Shown: positions 50,960 to 62,778 of the stretch, piece after piece
Layout: every line of letters starts with the position of its first letter
Numbering within the stretch: the stretch's first letter is position 1
NCBI GenBank assembly: GCA_002269645.1
Contig: NIVC01002152.1
Location: 136,069-200,068, forward strand
DNA from: Macrostomum lignano
Taxonomy: Eukaryota
Direction: 5' to 3'
DNA length: 64,000 bases
Made by a program: the position numbers and the translations under genes
Notes under the pieces: generated by a model
What the model was told of the DNA's origin: nothing
Database searches by the model: none
Seen by the model: only the letters and a program-made list of their open reading frames with translations

Positions 50960-51350
50960 CACCTTTCGAAGATGGCTCGAACCCGACGTAGTCAAACGCA
51001 GACAAAACCGAATACTCGTTCGGCCATCATCGGAATTAAAATTGGCGTCAACTGGGGTTCGTTCGCCACGGCCCTCTTGTTGTTGCGCTGGTAGACGGGG
51101 CACTTCTGAACGTCACAGAAGGTGTGATATTCTTGAATTAATCGACACCGTTCTTCTTGATCTTCCACCTCCAGGCGACGCTCCCTTGACCGATGGCGCT
51201 TCTTTTGACTAATCATCCCGAGCTGAGAGCTGATAGAACAGCTGCTGGCCCTCGTACCTGAAGTTGGGCGCCTTCTGCCGAACCTTGCTTTTGAAGTTGT
51301 TCTTCTCCTTAGTTGTTGTCAAAGACGCAGGGATCCGTCGTATGCGCCAC
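50960..51350 (-). pseudogene. Ginger/GIN-like integrase N-terminal remnant
   Basis: Broken frames read ...NFRYEGQQLFY...RRLEVEDQEERCRLIQEYH...C..YQRNNK...PQLTPILIP...ERVFG, resembling the zinc-binding region of gypsy-type integrases. Confidence 0.45.
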
Positions 51351-51654
51351 AAAGCAAGTAAATTTTTATGTTGGAATACGCGACAGACATTTTTTTGTAT
51401 TAGTAATTGTACTAGCCATTTAGCCCCCCTCCGGGTGGTTTCTTAGCAGTTTAGCGCTTGTATATAAGCAGTTTTGCAGTCGCTGAGCAAATCTCACTAA
51501 TCTCCGAGCAGTTCTGCAGTAGCAAATCTCTAAGCAGTTGTACACCAATTTTACTGAGACTAAAAAGTTCTAAAAAGTTACATTTCTGAATGTTTGAAAC
51601 TTTGCAATGTCAATTCATTTATAGTTCTTTTATGATTATTCATTATTTTTAAAT

Positions 51655-51812
51655 GCTCACCAGATTAGCACTATTCTCCCACATTAGCCCTACACCCCCA
51701 GATTAGCCCCACTTCCCCCAGATTAGCACTACGCCCAGATTAGCACTGCGCCCAGATTAGCACTCAGCCCAGATTAGCACTCAGCCCAGATTAGCACTCA
51801 GCCCAGATTAGT
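51655..51812. repeat. About 17-bp minisatellite (CCCAGATTAGCACTCAG)
   Basis: Direct reading. Confidence 0.85.
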
Positions 51813-52519
51813 CGATATATTTAAACTTGAAGTTATTTATGGGCTGTAATTATTGACAGGTTTTAAATCTCGTAAACCACAGAGAGAAATCAGCCTAGGA
51901 GTGCGCTTGGCATGACTTGTCGTGCCGTATTCAATCTGGGCCCAGATAAAATAACGCATCCAAAGTTATTCAGCCAAATACTTTTCTGCCTAGGAAAATG
52001 CATGGTTGGCATAACACCGGTGTAAGTCACATCGAAAATGCTAGTTGAATTATTTTATACTGCAGCTTTTACACTTTGCACTTTTTATCAAGGACCACTG
52101 TATATATAGCTATATACATGTACAGTGGTCCTTGTTTTTTATACCGTAGGGTGCTGCAGGGAATGCATACATGTATGTATGTTGCATGTACATGTACTAT
52201 ACATGTACAAATGAACTGTGTTCCTCTCAATTTACAACCGCTATCAAATAAAGCTATCAAGTCACGCGACTGATGTTACAAAGCATATAAATAAAGGGAA
52301 TATAAATTAAGTTAGGTTAGCCTGTCGAAGTACGCGATCGATTTGACGCCCCCTCCCTTTGGCCACTTGTGTTGGTCCGCGACTTGTTTTGAAGAAGTCG
52401 AAAAAAGCAGCCCGTGTCGCAGTCCCAGAAGAGCCTTCTGACCTCTGCACTGCTCAGCTGTTGCTGCTGCTGCCCGTGTCTCTCCTGCAATCCAAGAAGA
52501 GCCTAGTCTGTCGCTGTTG

Positions 52520-52660
52520 CTGCTGCTGAGCGGCACCTGCTGATGGCTTTGCCGAGTCGTCTGCTGGCTTCGCAGCGGCACCTGCTGGCTTTGCCGAGTC
52601 GTCTGCTTGTTTCGCCGCGGCACCTGCTGGCTTTGCCGAGTCGTCTGCTGGCTTTGCCGC
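52520..52660. repeat. 42-bp GC-rich tandem repeat, about 3 copies
   Basis: CGGCACCTGCTGGCTTTGCCGAGTCGTCTGCT recurs at a 42-bp period (52576 and 52618). Confidence 0.8.
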
Positions 52661-53985
52661 ACCAGAACGGCACACCTACCAATTGCTGGATGGGTGTTCG
52701 GAGAAAAAAAGTCAAAGCTGATCGTCGATAGCTGCTACAGGTTTGTAGTTCCAGAAATCAAGGAGTAAGCTAGCGCTGCACATTTAGACGAACTGACTGT
52801 ATTTGCCGTGCCACCGTCACTCAGACGGGGCAGAAATTCAAAAACGGGCCCGTCTGGCACAGGGCCAACCACCTTCCAGAGCACCGGCCTTAACAACGCG
52901 GCTCCAGCTTAGGAAAGCTGTAAAAGAGCCGACGCGACGGAGTTTGAATTCACTGGAAGCCGACATATGGACATGCATAATTTTTATGGACATTATTGTT
53001 TAAGCTTTTACTCGTAGTATTACAAATGCATATCCCCCATTCACAGCTCTTAAATCCAGAAATAAATACTTGTTAAAATAATGCACTCTCTTTTGTAAAA
53101 CTCGCTAAGTGCTTTTGCATGGCTACCCCTCAACCGAGACTACGTGCCCACTCAAAACAACTGCTGCATGTGAAGGCACGATCCCCTTCGCCTCAAGGAA
53201 TTTCGGGAAAAAACATATAACAAGGAGCGGAGCGCGAATCCAGATCAAAATTTGCTTGATCATGAGTTAAATATTCAGTTAATTGTTGCATTGATAATGT
53301 AACTTTATTTTTGCGGCTCAGATTCCCTTAAGATCGTTGGAATTATCGAAGTAGCTACGCCAAAGATATCGAAAGTGGCTGGCCTGCAACGGCAGGGGTT
53401 TACAAAAGCTTTTTGGGCGACACTACGTTTTCCGGTTTTTAACACTGAACAAGCGGGTTACTACAGGGGGCGAGGTTAGTTTACCCAGGCTTGATTGTTT
53501 TGCCTTGGTTGCGTTAAAGCGATTCGGGGAGGTCTGGTCTCGAGTCCTATTACTGTATTCCTGTACTCGTCGGGTCGCATGTCCATCTCTCGGTCGCCAG
53601 ATTTGGTTGCGCTCGATGCTCCTTCTCGACGACGGTCTCCGGCCCCGGCACGTGGCCGCGCTCATCTCTCTGCCTCGCCCTTTTGTGTTTGATCTGAAAT
53701 GGGCTGCGGTTTTCTTTAGCTCGTAGGTGCCTCGCTATCTATCTTCTGGATATGTTGAGTTGCCCACTTCCGCAGTCTTCTATTATCGCATTACCTTAGT
53801 CTGCTTGCCTTTGAGTCCAGTGTGCCCTTGGTTCTGGCTTTGCCTCGCCCAACTGTGCTTAAGCACGCCTCCAAATAGCCCTCTCTACTGTCGATTTCCA
53901 AGCCCTATACTGATTTATAGCTTCGGCTAATAAGCATCCGGCAAGCTGCAGCCACACGAAAGATTTGACAGCTACTACCGGTAAA

Positions 53986-54100
53986 CAGGGGCATCGCCAC
54001 CGGCCGGGGGTAGGACATGCCCCCCTCAGTAAAAGCTATGGAAGGCATGACAATGCTTTGTCCCCCCCCCCACCTTGTGATCCGTTGTGTAAAGCAATCC
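53986..54100 (+). mobile_element. hAT-like terminal sequence
   Basis: CAGGGGCATCGCCA...CAGTAAAAGCTATGG...AATGCTTTGTCCC...CCTTGTGAT, homologous to the reverse complement of 58740-58866. Confidence 0.6.
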
Positions 54101-54104
54101 TCTT

Positions 54105-57014
54105 CAGGCGCCATCTTCCGGGTGGCGCCGAGGACCGTGAGGCTCAACAGCATCGAGCCCCAGCCGTACCACAGGGCACGCTTCGAGTCGGGACGCTGAA
54201 CTGCCGCACTCTCAAGGCCGCCTGGCGACGAGGGCTGCTGGCGAAGCTAGCGCTCGACCTTAGCTGTGACGTCATTGCTCTGCAGGTGTCCATCAAGGCC
54301 GACCCGGGACTTCAATGTGAGGACTTGGGCGCCGGGTGGACGCTTCACTACACATCGGCGGTCGTGGAGGAGTTGGAGCGCTGATCGGACCGAGGCTGCA
54401 GCAGAGCTGTCGCTGCATCTCCCTGTCCCCTCGGCTGCTTCGGGTCGACGTCCGATTTCGCGGCCGGAACGCTCGCCTGTTCTGCGCGTACGCGCCCCCT
54501 GCCACCCGCCCTGACGAGGCTCAGACCTTCTTTGAGCAGCTCTCGGTGCAGGTAGAGGCTATGACGCAGCGTGACACAGTGGCTGTTCTCGGAGACCTAA
54601 ACGCGGTCCTGCGTAGGTCCGAGCGGTCGCTGTTCGTGACACCGCGCGAGAACGGCAACACCGGAGCGCTGGAGGACTTCCTGGAGAGGCAGGACATGGT
54701 GTCGGCCAACACCTGCTTCCGCAAGTCAAGGGGCGGGCTCGCGACTTTCGTGGGCTGCAAGAGGAGGCGGCGGAACGCGCGCAGGCGGAACGCAACACGC
54801 AGGCAGGCACAGCTCTACCACGTGCTATTGCGATTTCGTGAGCGCCGTCGCGCCGTCAACTGCCGTGCCATCACGCCGCTGGCTCTGCGGTCCGATCACC
54901 GTCTGCTTATATGCGACCTTCGACTTCACGATCACCGTCCGCCGAAGCGGCCACCGCGGCGCTACTACAGCGCGCTCAGGGACGCCAACACGCATCGCCG
55001 CTTTGCCAGCGCTTTCATCACTGCGCTTGGCAGCAAACGTGGAGGTGCCGAGTACGCGGATGTGTGCGCTGCAGTTCGGGCCGCCGCAGAGCAAGCAGTC
55101 CCGCTGATGCAACCGGCCCAGCGCGGGCAGCCGGTCCGGCAGGACGACCCCGAGGTTCGGCAAGCGAAGGAGGAGGTGGAGAGGCTCCGTCTGAGCAGAC
55201 AGCCAACCCGCGAAGCAGAGAATGTACTGGCGGCTATCTATGTCAAGCGCCAGCAGGCCGCTGTCGACGACGCTATTCAGGTCGTCTCTGCTGCTGGGCC
55301 CGATGCCAGAGGGTGCGTGGCCTGGTCTGCCATCAATGCTTTGACGGCACGAAAACGGCGCTTGGCGCTAAACCTTGCAGGCGACACTGCGGACGAGCGC
55401 AGAAATGAGCTGCGTGAGTTTTTCGCCGCCATCGTCAACGCGCCGTCACCCCTGCTGCCGGATAACCTGACGCTGCCGCCGGAGACGCCGTTGCCGGCAG
55501 AGGAGAGTTTCAGTGTAGCCCCAGTCAGCACAGCCGACGTTGTGAAGCTCGCCCAGCTGTCACCGGGCGGCAAGGCGCTGGGTCCGGACGAGGTGCCCAT
55601 TGAAGCACTGCGCATCCACTGTGTGGCCAGTGAGGTCACCAGATTGATGAATCGAGTGCTTTACCGTTGAGGCGGCGCCCAACGAATGGACCACGGCACA
55701 CATCGTCGCAGTTCCTAAGAAGCCGGGCATCACGAGGCTTGAAGAGCATCGAAGCATCTGCCTTCAGTCCTGCGCTGCGAAGCTGTTCAACCGCCTGCTG
55801 TTATCGCGGTTACAGCCGGTGCTGGATCCGTACCTGCGCCCAGAGCAGAACGGCTTCCGACCCCAGATCGCAGCACAGTGACGCAGATCCTGGCTCTTCG
55901 CCGAGTCATCGAGGAGGCGCGGACGCGCCAGTCGATCCTGATTGTCATCTTTGTTGATTTCAAGAAAGCGTTCGACTCGGTTGTCAGGGCTGCGCTCCAA
56001 ATGGTGCTCCGTGCGTGCAACGTGCCAGAGCAGCTGGTTTCCCCATCATGGCGATGTACCGCGACACGAAAGCTGCGGTGACAACGCCGGACGGCCTATC
56101 GGATTTCTTCGAGACCTCCTCGGGGGTTCTTCAAGGAGATACGCTAGCGCCGTTCTTGTTCGTGCTGGTGCTTGACTGGGTGCTGCGGACTGCACTTCCC
56201 TCCAACGACGATGGTTTCCTGCTGCGGCGACGCGTGGGTCGACGTCAACCGGAGAGGCGGCTCAGCGTGCTTGTTTACGCCGACGATCTCGCCCTGCTGT
56301 CCTCTACCGTTGAGGGCGCCCAGCGACAGCTTGATCGACTGGTTGCTGTTGCGGCGAGTGTCGGCCTGATGATCAACGCGCATCGTGCTGTGGGTGCCGG
56401 ACGACATCGAGGCTGCTATCCTATGCCGAGGCGCTGACGGACAGGCAACGGAACTTCCGCGATGTCAGCAGTTCGTCTACCTTGGTGGTCTGGTCCCCGA
56501 CGTACGCGGGGATCTGCGTCGTCGCCGCGGGCTTGCCTGGGCTGCCTTCCGCTCTGTGAGGGCAGTCCTGCAGTCTGAAGCCCTTCCGGACCGCCAGAGG
56601 GCGGCATTGTTCGAGGCGGTAGTCGAAACCGTCCTGCTTTACAACGCGGAGACCTGGACGCTGACAGACTCGCTCGAACATCAAGTCGACGCGGCGCACG
56701 CTGGCCTGCTGCGCGCCGCCTTCAAGATCGGCGACGAGCGAGTCACCAACGCGGCACTCTATCGCCGCGCCGGCCTGGCCCGCCCAAGTGACCTGCTGCG
56801 CCGTCGGCGACTCCAGCTGGCAGGTCATATCATCCGCGCCGAGTCGTACTGCCCACAGTCGGTGCAGGAGGTGCTGCTGGTCACGCTGCAGGCACCCTAC
56901 CGGCGAGGACAGGCGCGCACTCGGCGTTTCGTCGACTGCCTGCTGGCTGACGCCGGCGCCCCGGACTCTGCCGGCGGAGCGGCCTATGTTCGCACCCTGG
57001 CCTTGAGAGCGCCC
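54105..57014 (+). mobile_element. RTE-type non-LTR retrotransposon (AP endonuclease plus RT), frameshifted
   Basis: VGTLNCRTL, DVIALQ, GGVG, CAYAP, VLGDLNA and SDHR (APE). GPDEVP, PEQNGFR, FVDFKKAFDSV, GVLQGDTLAPFLF, YADD, FVYLG and LLYNAETW (RT). Frameshifts near 54360, 55665, 55865, 56035 and 56380. Confidence 0.92.
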
Positions 57015-57396
57015 TGTGACACTAGAGACTATCCAGTTTACTCTGTTGTCTGTTGGGCTCGCCCTCCGATCCTGTTTAGGGCTGGTTTTGTCCGGGTCGG
57101 GCTGGCTGCCTGAAGTGGTAAGGTGGGCTCAGGCAAGAAAATCTATAAATAGTGTAGCTAGTTCTAGGTTCTATTTCTAGATCTCCACGGCTCAGGGCTT
57201 GTCTTCTTACTCATGCTCGCAATCTGTTTACTCTTCGCTTCGATTGTTGTTTTTTGTCTCCAATGTGCCCTGGAGAATTAGTTAGAAAAGCTGTCTGTCT
57301 TTCTGTCTGTGTCTGTCTAATCTCGCATTGTCTCGTCTCGTCTTGTCTGCGTCTATCCTTTTTTCGTGTACTTTTAAACTTCACTTTAAAGTAACA
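57015..57396 (+). mobile_element. Candidate LTR truncating the RTE 3' end
   Basis: Begins TGTGAC, has CTATAAATA at about 57144, ends GTAACA and is followed by TTTTTGG (PBS-like start). No TSD. Confidence 0.4.
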
Positions 57397-57631
57397 TTTT
57401 TGGATTTTTTATCTTCAGGTGCTATATACGGCTCCCTAGAAATGTACTTAAAAATCGGTTAAGGATATCTTCCTAATGACTGCCTGCCTGTGCAGTGAAT
57501 CAGATCACAGATACTGTATACCCTAGGTGGTTCACTTAATTGTTTTTATAGCAAAACTACTATATGGAAAATGCACATTATCATGTACCGATTATTTTTA
57601 GGATCCGTCTTGTCAGCACTAAATTTATAAA

Positions 57632-57865
57632 GCGCCGCAGGCACTCATTTTAGCGCCGCAGGCACGCATTTAGCGCCGCAGGCACTCATTTTAGCGCCGC
57701 AGGCACTCATTTTAGCGCCGCAGGCACGCATTTTAGCGCCGTAGGCACTCATTTTAGCGTCGCAGGCACTCATTTTAGCGCCGCAGGCACGCATTTTAGC
57801 GCCGTAGGCATCATTTTAGCGCCGCAGGCACGCATTTAGCGCTGCAGGCACTCATTTTCGCGCCA
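57632..57865. repeat. 21-bp minisatellite (AGCGCCGCAGGCACTCATTTT)
   Basis: Direct reading. Confidence 0.93.
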
Positions 57866-58107
57866 ACTTGTGGTACGAGTAACAGTGAAAACTGTGCTTT
57901 CGTAGATAATCTGTTAAATAATTGATAATGTTTTAGCGCTAAAGGCAGGTAGTTCAGGTAGTTAAATTTAAACATATCTACGCAAAACTTCAGTCTAAAT
58001 AGCTTGCAGTGGCAGTATAAGTTATATATTTACTCGTACAAATCAAAGCAGCTCAAATCGGAATCAAACCACAACAAATAACACCCAACAGCTAAGAGAG
58101 CAAGGCA

Positions 58108-58410
58108 GCAAGTTCGGCTAGCAAAATCCTCGCTAGCAGATTTCGTCTAGCAGATTTCGGCTAGCAATATCCTCGCTAGCAAAATTCCTGCTAGCAAACT
58201 TCGGCTAGCAGATTTCGGCTAGCAAACTTCGTCTAGCAGATTTCGGCTAGCAGATTTCGGCTAGCAAACTTCGTCTAGCAGATTTCGGCTAGCAGATTTC
58301 GGCTAGCAAACTTCGTCTAGCAGATTTTGGCTAGCAGATTTCGGCTAGCAAACTTCGTCTAGCAGATTTCGGCTAGCAGATTTCGGCTAGCAGATTTCCT
58401 GCTAGCAGAT
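58108..58410. repeat. 14-bp minisatellite (GCTAGCAGATTTCG)
   Basis: Direct reading. Confidence 0.93.
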
Positions 58411-58739
58411 CTTGTACGCTCGTACTACCGCCAGTACTGGCCCTCCCCGTTTTAAAAAGTGGGGGGGCATGGCCCACTGTCCCCCCCGTTCCTACGCCTA
58501 TGAAACCTTTTTTGGGGGAGGGGGCATCACAAACCGAAAAAAACCACAACACCGCGAAAGCACTTCCCAATCCCATCATAAACCCGAAATCAGGAGTCGC
58601 CATCAATTTTATGGCGAGGGACAAAGCCAAGAATTCTACATGACTACAGATATAAATTCCTACAAAATTTTGGGGATCGGTGTTGATAGCACTCATTTTG
58701 GCGCCAAAGGCGCTATATTTTGGCGCCCTGAAGCAAAAT

Positions 58740-58866
58740 TACGGATTTCTTTAACGGGTCACCATCACAAGGCGGGGCGAGGGACAAAGCATTGGCCGGG
58801 CATGTCCCCCATAGCTTTTACTGGGGGACCTTTCACCCTTCCCCCCCCCCAGTGGCGACGCGGCTG
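58740..58866 (-). mobile_element. hAT-like terminal sequence, inverted partner of 53986-54100
   Basis: Reverse complement CAGCCGCGTCGCCA...CAGTAAAAGCTATGG...AATGCTTTGTCCC...CCTTGTGAT. Confidence 0.6.
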
Positions 58867-60248
58867 ACCGAAGTATAACGCCGAAAACTAAAATAGCAGC
58901 CCTCTTTTTCCAGCCGTCTCTAGTCCAGTAATTCTTAGAAGTCCATGTTTGAACTGGAAGGAATATTCCGAATCTCGTCTTGTCAGTCATCTTTGGCTGA
59001 ACCCTAACCCTAATCCTGCTTCGCATGTCGGGTCTGACTAAGCGGGAAGTAGAATCGATAAAAATGCCGTCTCCCCTTGGAGAGAAGAGATGGGAAGCGA
59101 GAGGCCCGAGGTGTACATTGCCAAATGTCGAAGTAACCCCAACTGAGAGAATCGATCGGTTAGTCGTATAGAATGTACATTTCTTTCCCTGTCTATCCCG
59201 CGCCCTCGCAGGAGGATTTCTCTCCATATCTCTGTTTCATAGCTTGCACGGCCGGCCAATAGCAGAGTACCAGTCGTATTGACCCCTCAATTCTCTCTCT
59301 CCAGCGCCTGGAAAGAGAATTTTATATATTCCGCCCTCAATTCGGGCCAGAGCCCGAGCCTGCCTCTCTCTGTAGCCCTGTGCACGGAATGGCTAAAAGG
59401 AATCTGCCATTCTACCTCCCGATATTTGTTATTCAACCTGCGTCAAGTCAGAAAATGCGTCTGCAATTAAATTAAAGTAAGTTTTTTTCTGTATCACTAC
59501 TGCTAATATATATCATTTGTTTTGTTGCCTTGGTGATGTCTTCGAGCTCGCCTGCAACGCTAACAAAAATTGCATTGATTTTTTCTCCAAAAAAATTTAT
59601 CGAATGGGTTGCTTCTCTTCTGAAGAAGTCCCAAATGACTATTATATTATCTTTTCTCTCACTAGCTAAGAAAACGCAAATCTAGCACTATTTAAAATTA
59701 ACACTCAAAGTTTAGTGTTAATTACAACTCATCTTCTCCATCTCCATCTTCTTTCCAGTCCTTGCTGCCGGCAGCTGCGGGTCAGGAAAGAAAATTTCCT
59801 CCCTTCCCCAGTACGAAAGCTCTTCTCCTCCATCCTCCATGATCTCCCTCATCAGTACGTAGATTCTCGTCCTCTTCTGAGTCAGCACTGGTCGCTGTTT
59901 TGCTTGCTGCTGTCTACTGCTACAGTGGATTGGAGGGTTGGGTTGCGGTTAACGAGTGGAGCTTCGCCAGGAAGGGAGCCTGGGGGGGGGGAGTTAAATG
60001 TTCGAGTTATAGCTCTAACCTAGCTCTCTTCTAATCTGGGCCAAGTGGATGAATCATCGCTGAAAACTATGCTAATGCGCCTTCCTTAGTCACTTCCCAC
60101 AAACATTTTATGGCGTTTGGTGTCCTTGGTCTTGAAGTGATACATTTTGGCCCGGAAAGTTTCAATCCAGTTTTTCCCAATATTGGGGAAAAGCAGATTA
60201 AAATAGTGAGCGATGGTGGTGGATTAAGTCATAAAAAAAAGAGAATAT

Positions 60249-61099
60249 TGATGTGTTCCTTATTACCCGACTGTTGGTAATCAAAGAACACTCACTTCTA
60301 GCTCAGTAGCTAGGCAACCCAGTACGTCAACAGAAGGTATTCAATTACCTTGAGTCCTTAACTGAGAGCTCTCGTCAATACTCCTTGTTCGTTGATCTCG
60401 TTATCAGTAGCGTTCCTGTCCTTCAGGAATTCCGGGCGCCGGTCAACAGTTGATCTGGTCCGCTCTTGCAGTTGTCTCCTTGACTTCTTGCCGGTCGGCT
60501 ATCTGTAGTTCGGACCAATCGGAAGCTTCCAAGTTAACAACGAGTACCCTGCGCCAAACTGCGGTTTAACATAAGCCTACTCCTTCTAGCAGTGCCTCTA
60601 TGCACTCTAGGTATAGCTCCGGAAACCACTGATAGTCTTCTAAGATCTATCAGGGGCAGTCCTTCTGGATACTGCAACCAGTAGAGTCTAGACAGACTCA
60701 GGAGTCTCAACAGACTCAACCTAAACTCCACGAGACGTCTCAAAAATACAGGCGCAAATGAGTAAGGCTTACCACAAGAACTCGACCAGTCTTCTGTAGG
60801 AAGTCCTGTAGTGGCTTCCTCTTCGGAGCTCTTCTCCTTCCGGAGGAATTGTGACTCCGGTACCGCTTCAGATCGCTTGTATTTATAGGCAACTTTTTGA
60901 TCCAAAATAGCATTATTACCATCCACGTGTTGCGCTAAAAGGGGAAAATGGCTCATGGCGTATCATTTTGGTAACATCTTTTCCTGGTAGCGTGATTCAT
61001 TCAAAGCTTAGGCGCACATGCGTGTACTTACTTACTTATAGTAGCATTATACGATTATCTTCTTTTATCCTTTTTTAACGGGAGGTAGAACACTCTACA
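60249..61099 (-). mobile_element. Solo LTR with 4-bp ATAT target-site duplication
   Basis: TG...CA termini. ATAT at 60245-60248 and 61100-61103. TATA box GCCTATAAATAC on the minus strand at 60879-60890. Homologous to 61706-62778. Confidence 0.8.
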
Positions 61100-61705
61100 A
61101 TATGCCACTCGAGCAAAATTAATTATTAAGATCGGAAGGAGGAGAATGCTGAATGCGCTTGACGGAGAAGGTATGAAGAGCGGCATAATCTGGCGAAGTG
61201 TCAGTGAGGTAGCCAGCAAGTCTTTCGTCGACGGTGAATAGCGTATAAATTTCGACGAAGGGAAGGGCAAGAGAAAGGAAAAAGAGTATGGGCAACTACC
61301 GAACAAGAATAAAAATCGATAATTATTAAAGCAAAGTTTCGGGAGCGCGTTGAGAGAATAAAAACAGCGTGGGTGCAGAAAAAATTGTGCGGCTGCAGAC
61401 GATTTTGCGTGCGCATGATAGTGCTATTAGTAGCACGACGAAAAAATGGAGGAAAAATTTGATAAACATAAGGGGCAAGATAATTTAAAGAGATAAAGTA
61501 ATTTTTAAGCGCGGAAGTTAGCATTTGTGCTGAGGGGTCAACCGCATCATAGCCAGTTGGTTGCCATAGGTAACGCATAAAAGGGAGCAGTAGAGGCCAA
61601 GTGTCTTGGTTAAAGCGCATATACGATTGAGGGATAGTAGAGGCAGAGAGTTGAAGAAAGTTGTCAATTGTCATAGTAGGAGAAAAAATGTATAATTGGT
61701 GGTAA

Positions 61706-62778
61706 TGATATGTTCCTTATTACCCGTCCTCAACTGTAATCAAGGAACAATCACTTCTAGCTCAGTAGCTAGGCAACCCAGTAAGTCAACAGAAGGTATT
61801 CAATTACCTTGAGTCCTTAGGAGATATCTCGAAGTAGAGCTCGTGTAGTTCTCGTCAATATCGTGTAGTCAGCTTCTGACTTGCGTTCGTAGATCGGGTC
61901 CGAGTCTTCTTTCTTCCTTAGAAATAGTTCCGGTCGGAATCTGTCGTTCGGAGCAATAGGAAGCTTCCAATTTAACAATGGGATCCCTGCGCCAAACTGC
62001 GGTTTGAATTAAGCCTCCTTCTTCTAGCAGTGCCTCTATGCACTCTAGGTATAGCTCCGGAAACCACTGATAGTCTTCTAAGATCTATCAGGGGCAGTCC
62101 TTCTGGAGACTGCAACCAGTGGAGTCTAAACAGACTCAAGAGTCTCAACAGACTCAAGAGTCTCAACAGACTCAAACTAAACTCAAGTCACACTGGACTT
62201 GAGCGAGACGTCTCTAACAACAACGGGCGCAAATAAGGAAGGCTTACCGCAACAACCGACCTAGTCTTGGTCCAGGAAGTCTGACTGTGGCTTCCTCTTC
62301 GGAGCTCTTCTCCTTCCGGAGGTATTGTGGCTCCGGGTCCGTTCCGGACCACTTGTATTTATAGGCAAATGGACCCTCATGATGTCACGTGGGTCCAACT
62401 CTTCAACTGTCAAAAGGGGTCACGGTTTGGTTGCTGTCAAACATGGCAGGTTAGAAAGTTACTCCATTGGTTTAGTGTAAAAACGCGTGATTGGTTATCG
62501 CATTCGAGTTATTTTTAGTTACATTTGATTGGTTCACGTGCGTACGGTTGAATGATACATTTCTCCTGGGGTTTAAGTTTGACAAGTGCAGGTTACACGT
62601 GATTGGGTGATTTCTAAGTTTAGCATGCTCGAGGTCTCTTTCTTCCTATTGGTTAGTCCGAATATACAAAGTTCAAAGCATACCTTTATTCATACTCTTC
62701 AATTTACTACTAAATAAAATGTGCTAGTAGTACATTAACACTTTTATGTCTTCTTTACGGGAGGTAGAACACTCTACA
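61706..62778 (-). mobile_element. LTR of the same family with a different, longer U3
   Basis: Same termini (TGATATGTTCCTTATTACCCG ... ACGGGAGGTAGAACACTCTACA) and the same R/U5. The U3 at 62367-62745 is unrelated and contains several CCAAT and CACGTG motifs. Confidence 0.75.

Noticed and set aside
59015-59035. Interstitial telomeric repeat (AACCCTAACCCTAA)
   Set aside because: Only about two units, within a putative reading frame; compatible with chance.
60534-60956. 140-aa ORF and its relatives at 61972-62175 and 62884-63081
   Set aside because: They lie inside the LTRs and run through the TATA box (AYKYK = GCCTATAAATAC). The frames are not conserved between copies.
61100-61705. Internal region of a small two-LTR (TRIM-like) element
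   Set aside because: There is no PPT or PBS, the left LTR has its own ATAT TSD (solo insertion), and the two LTRs differ in U3.
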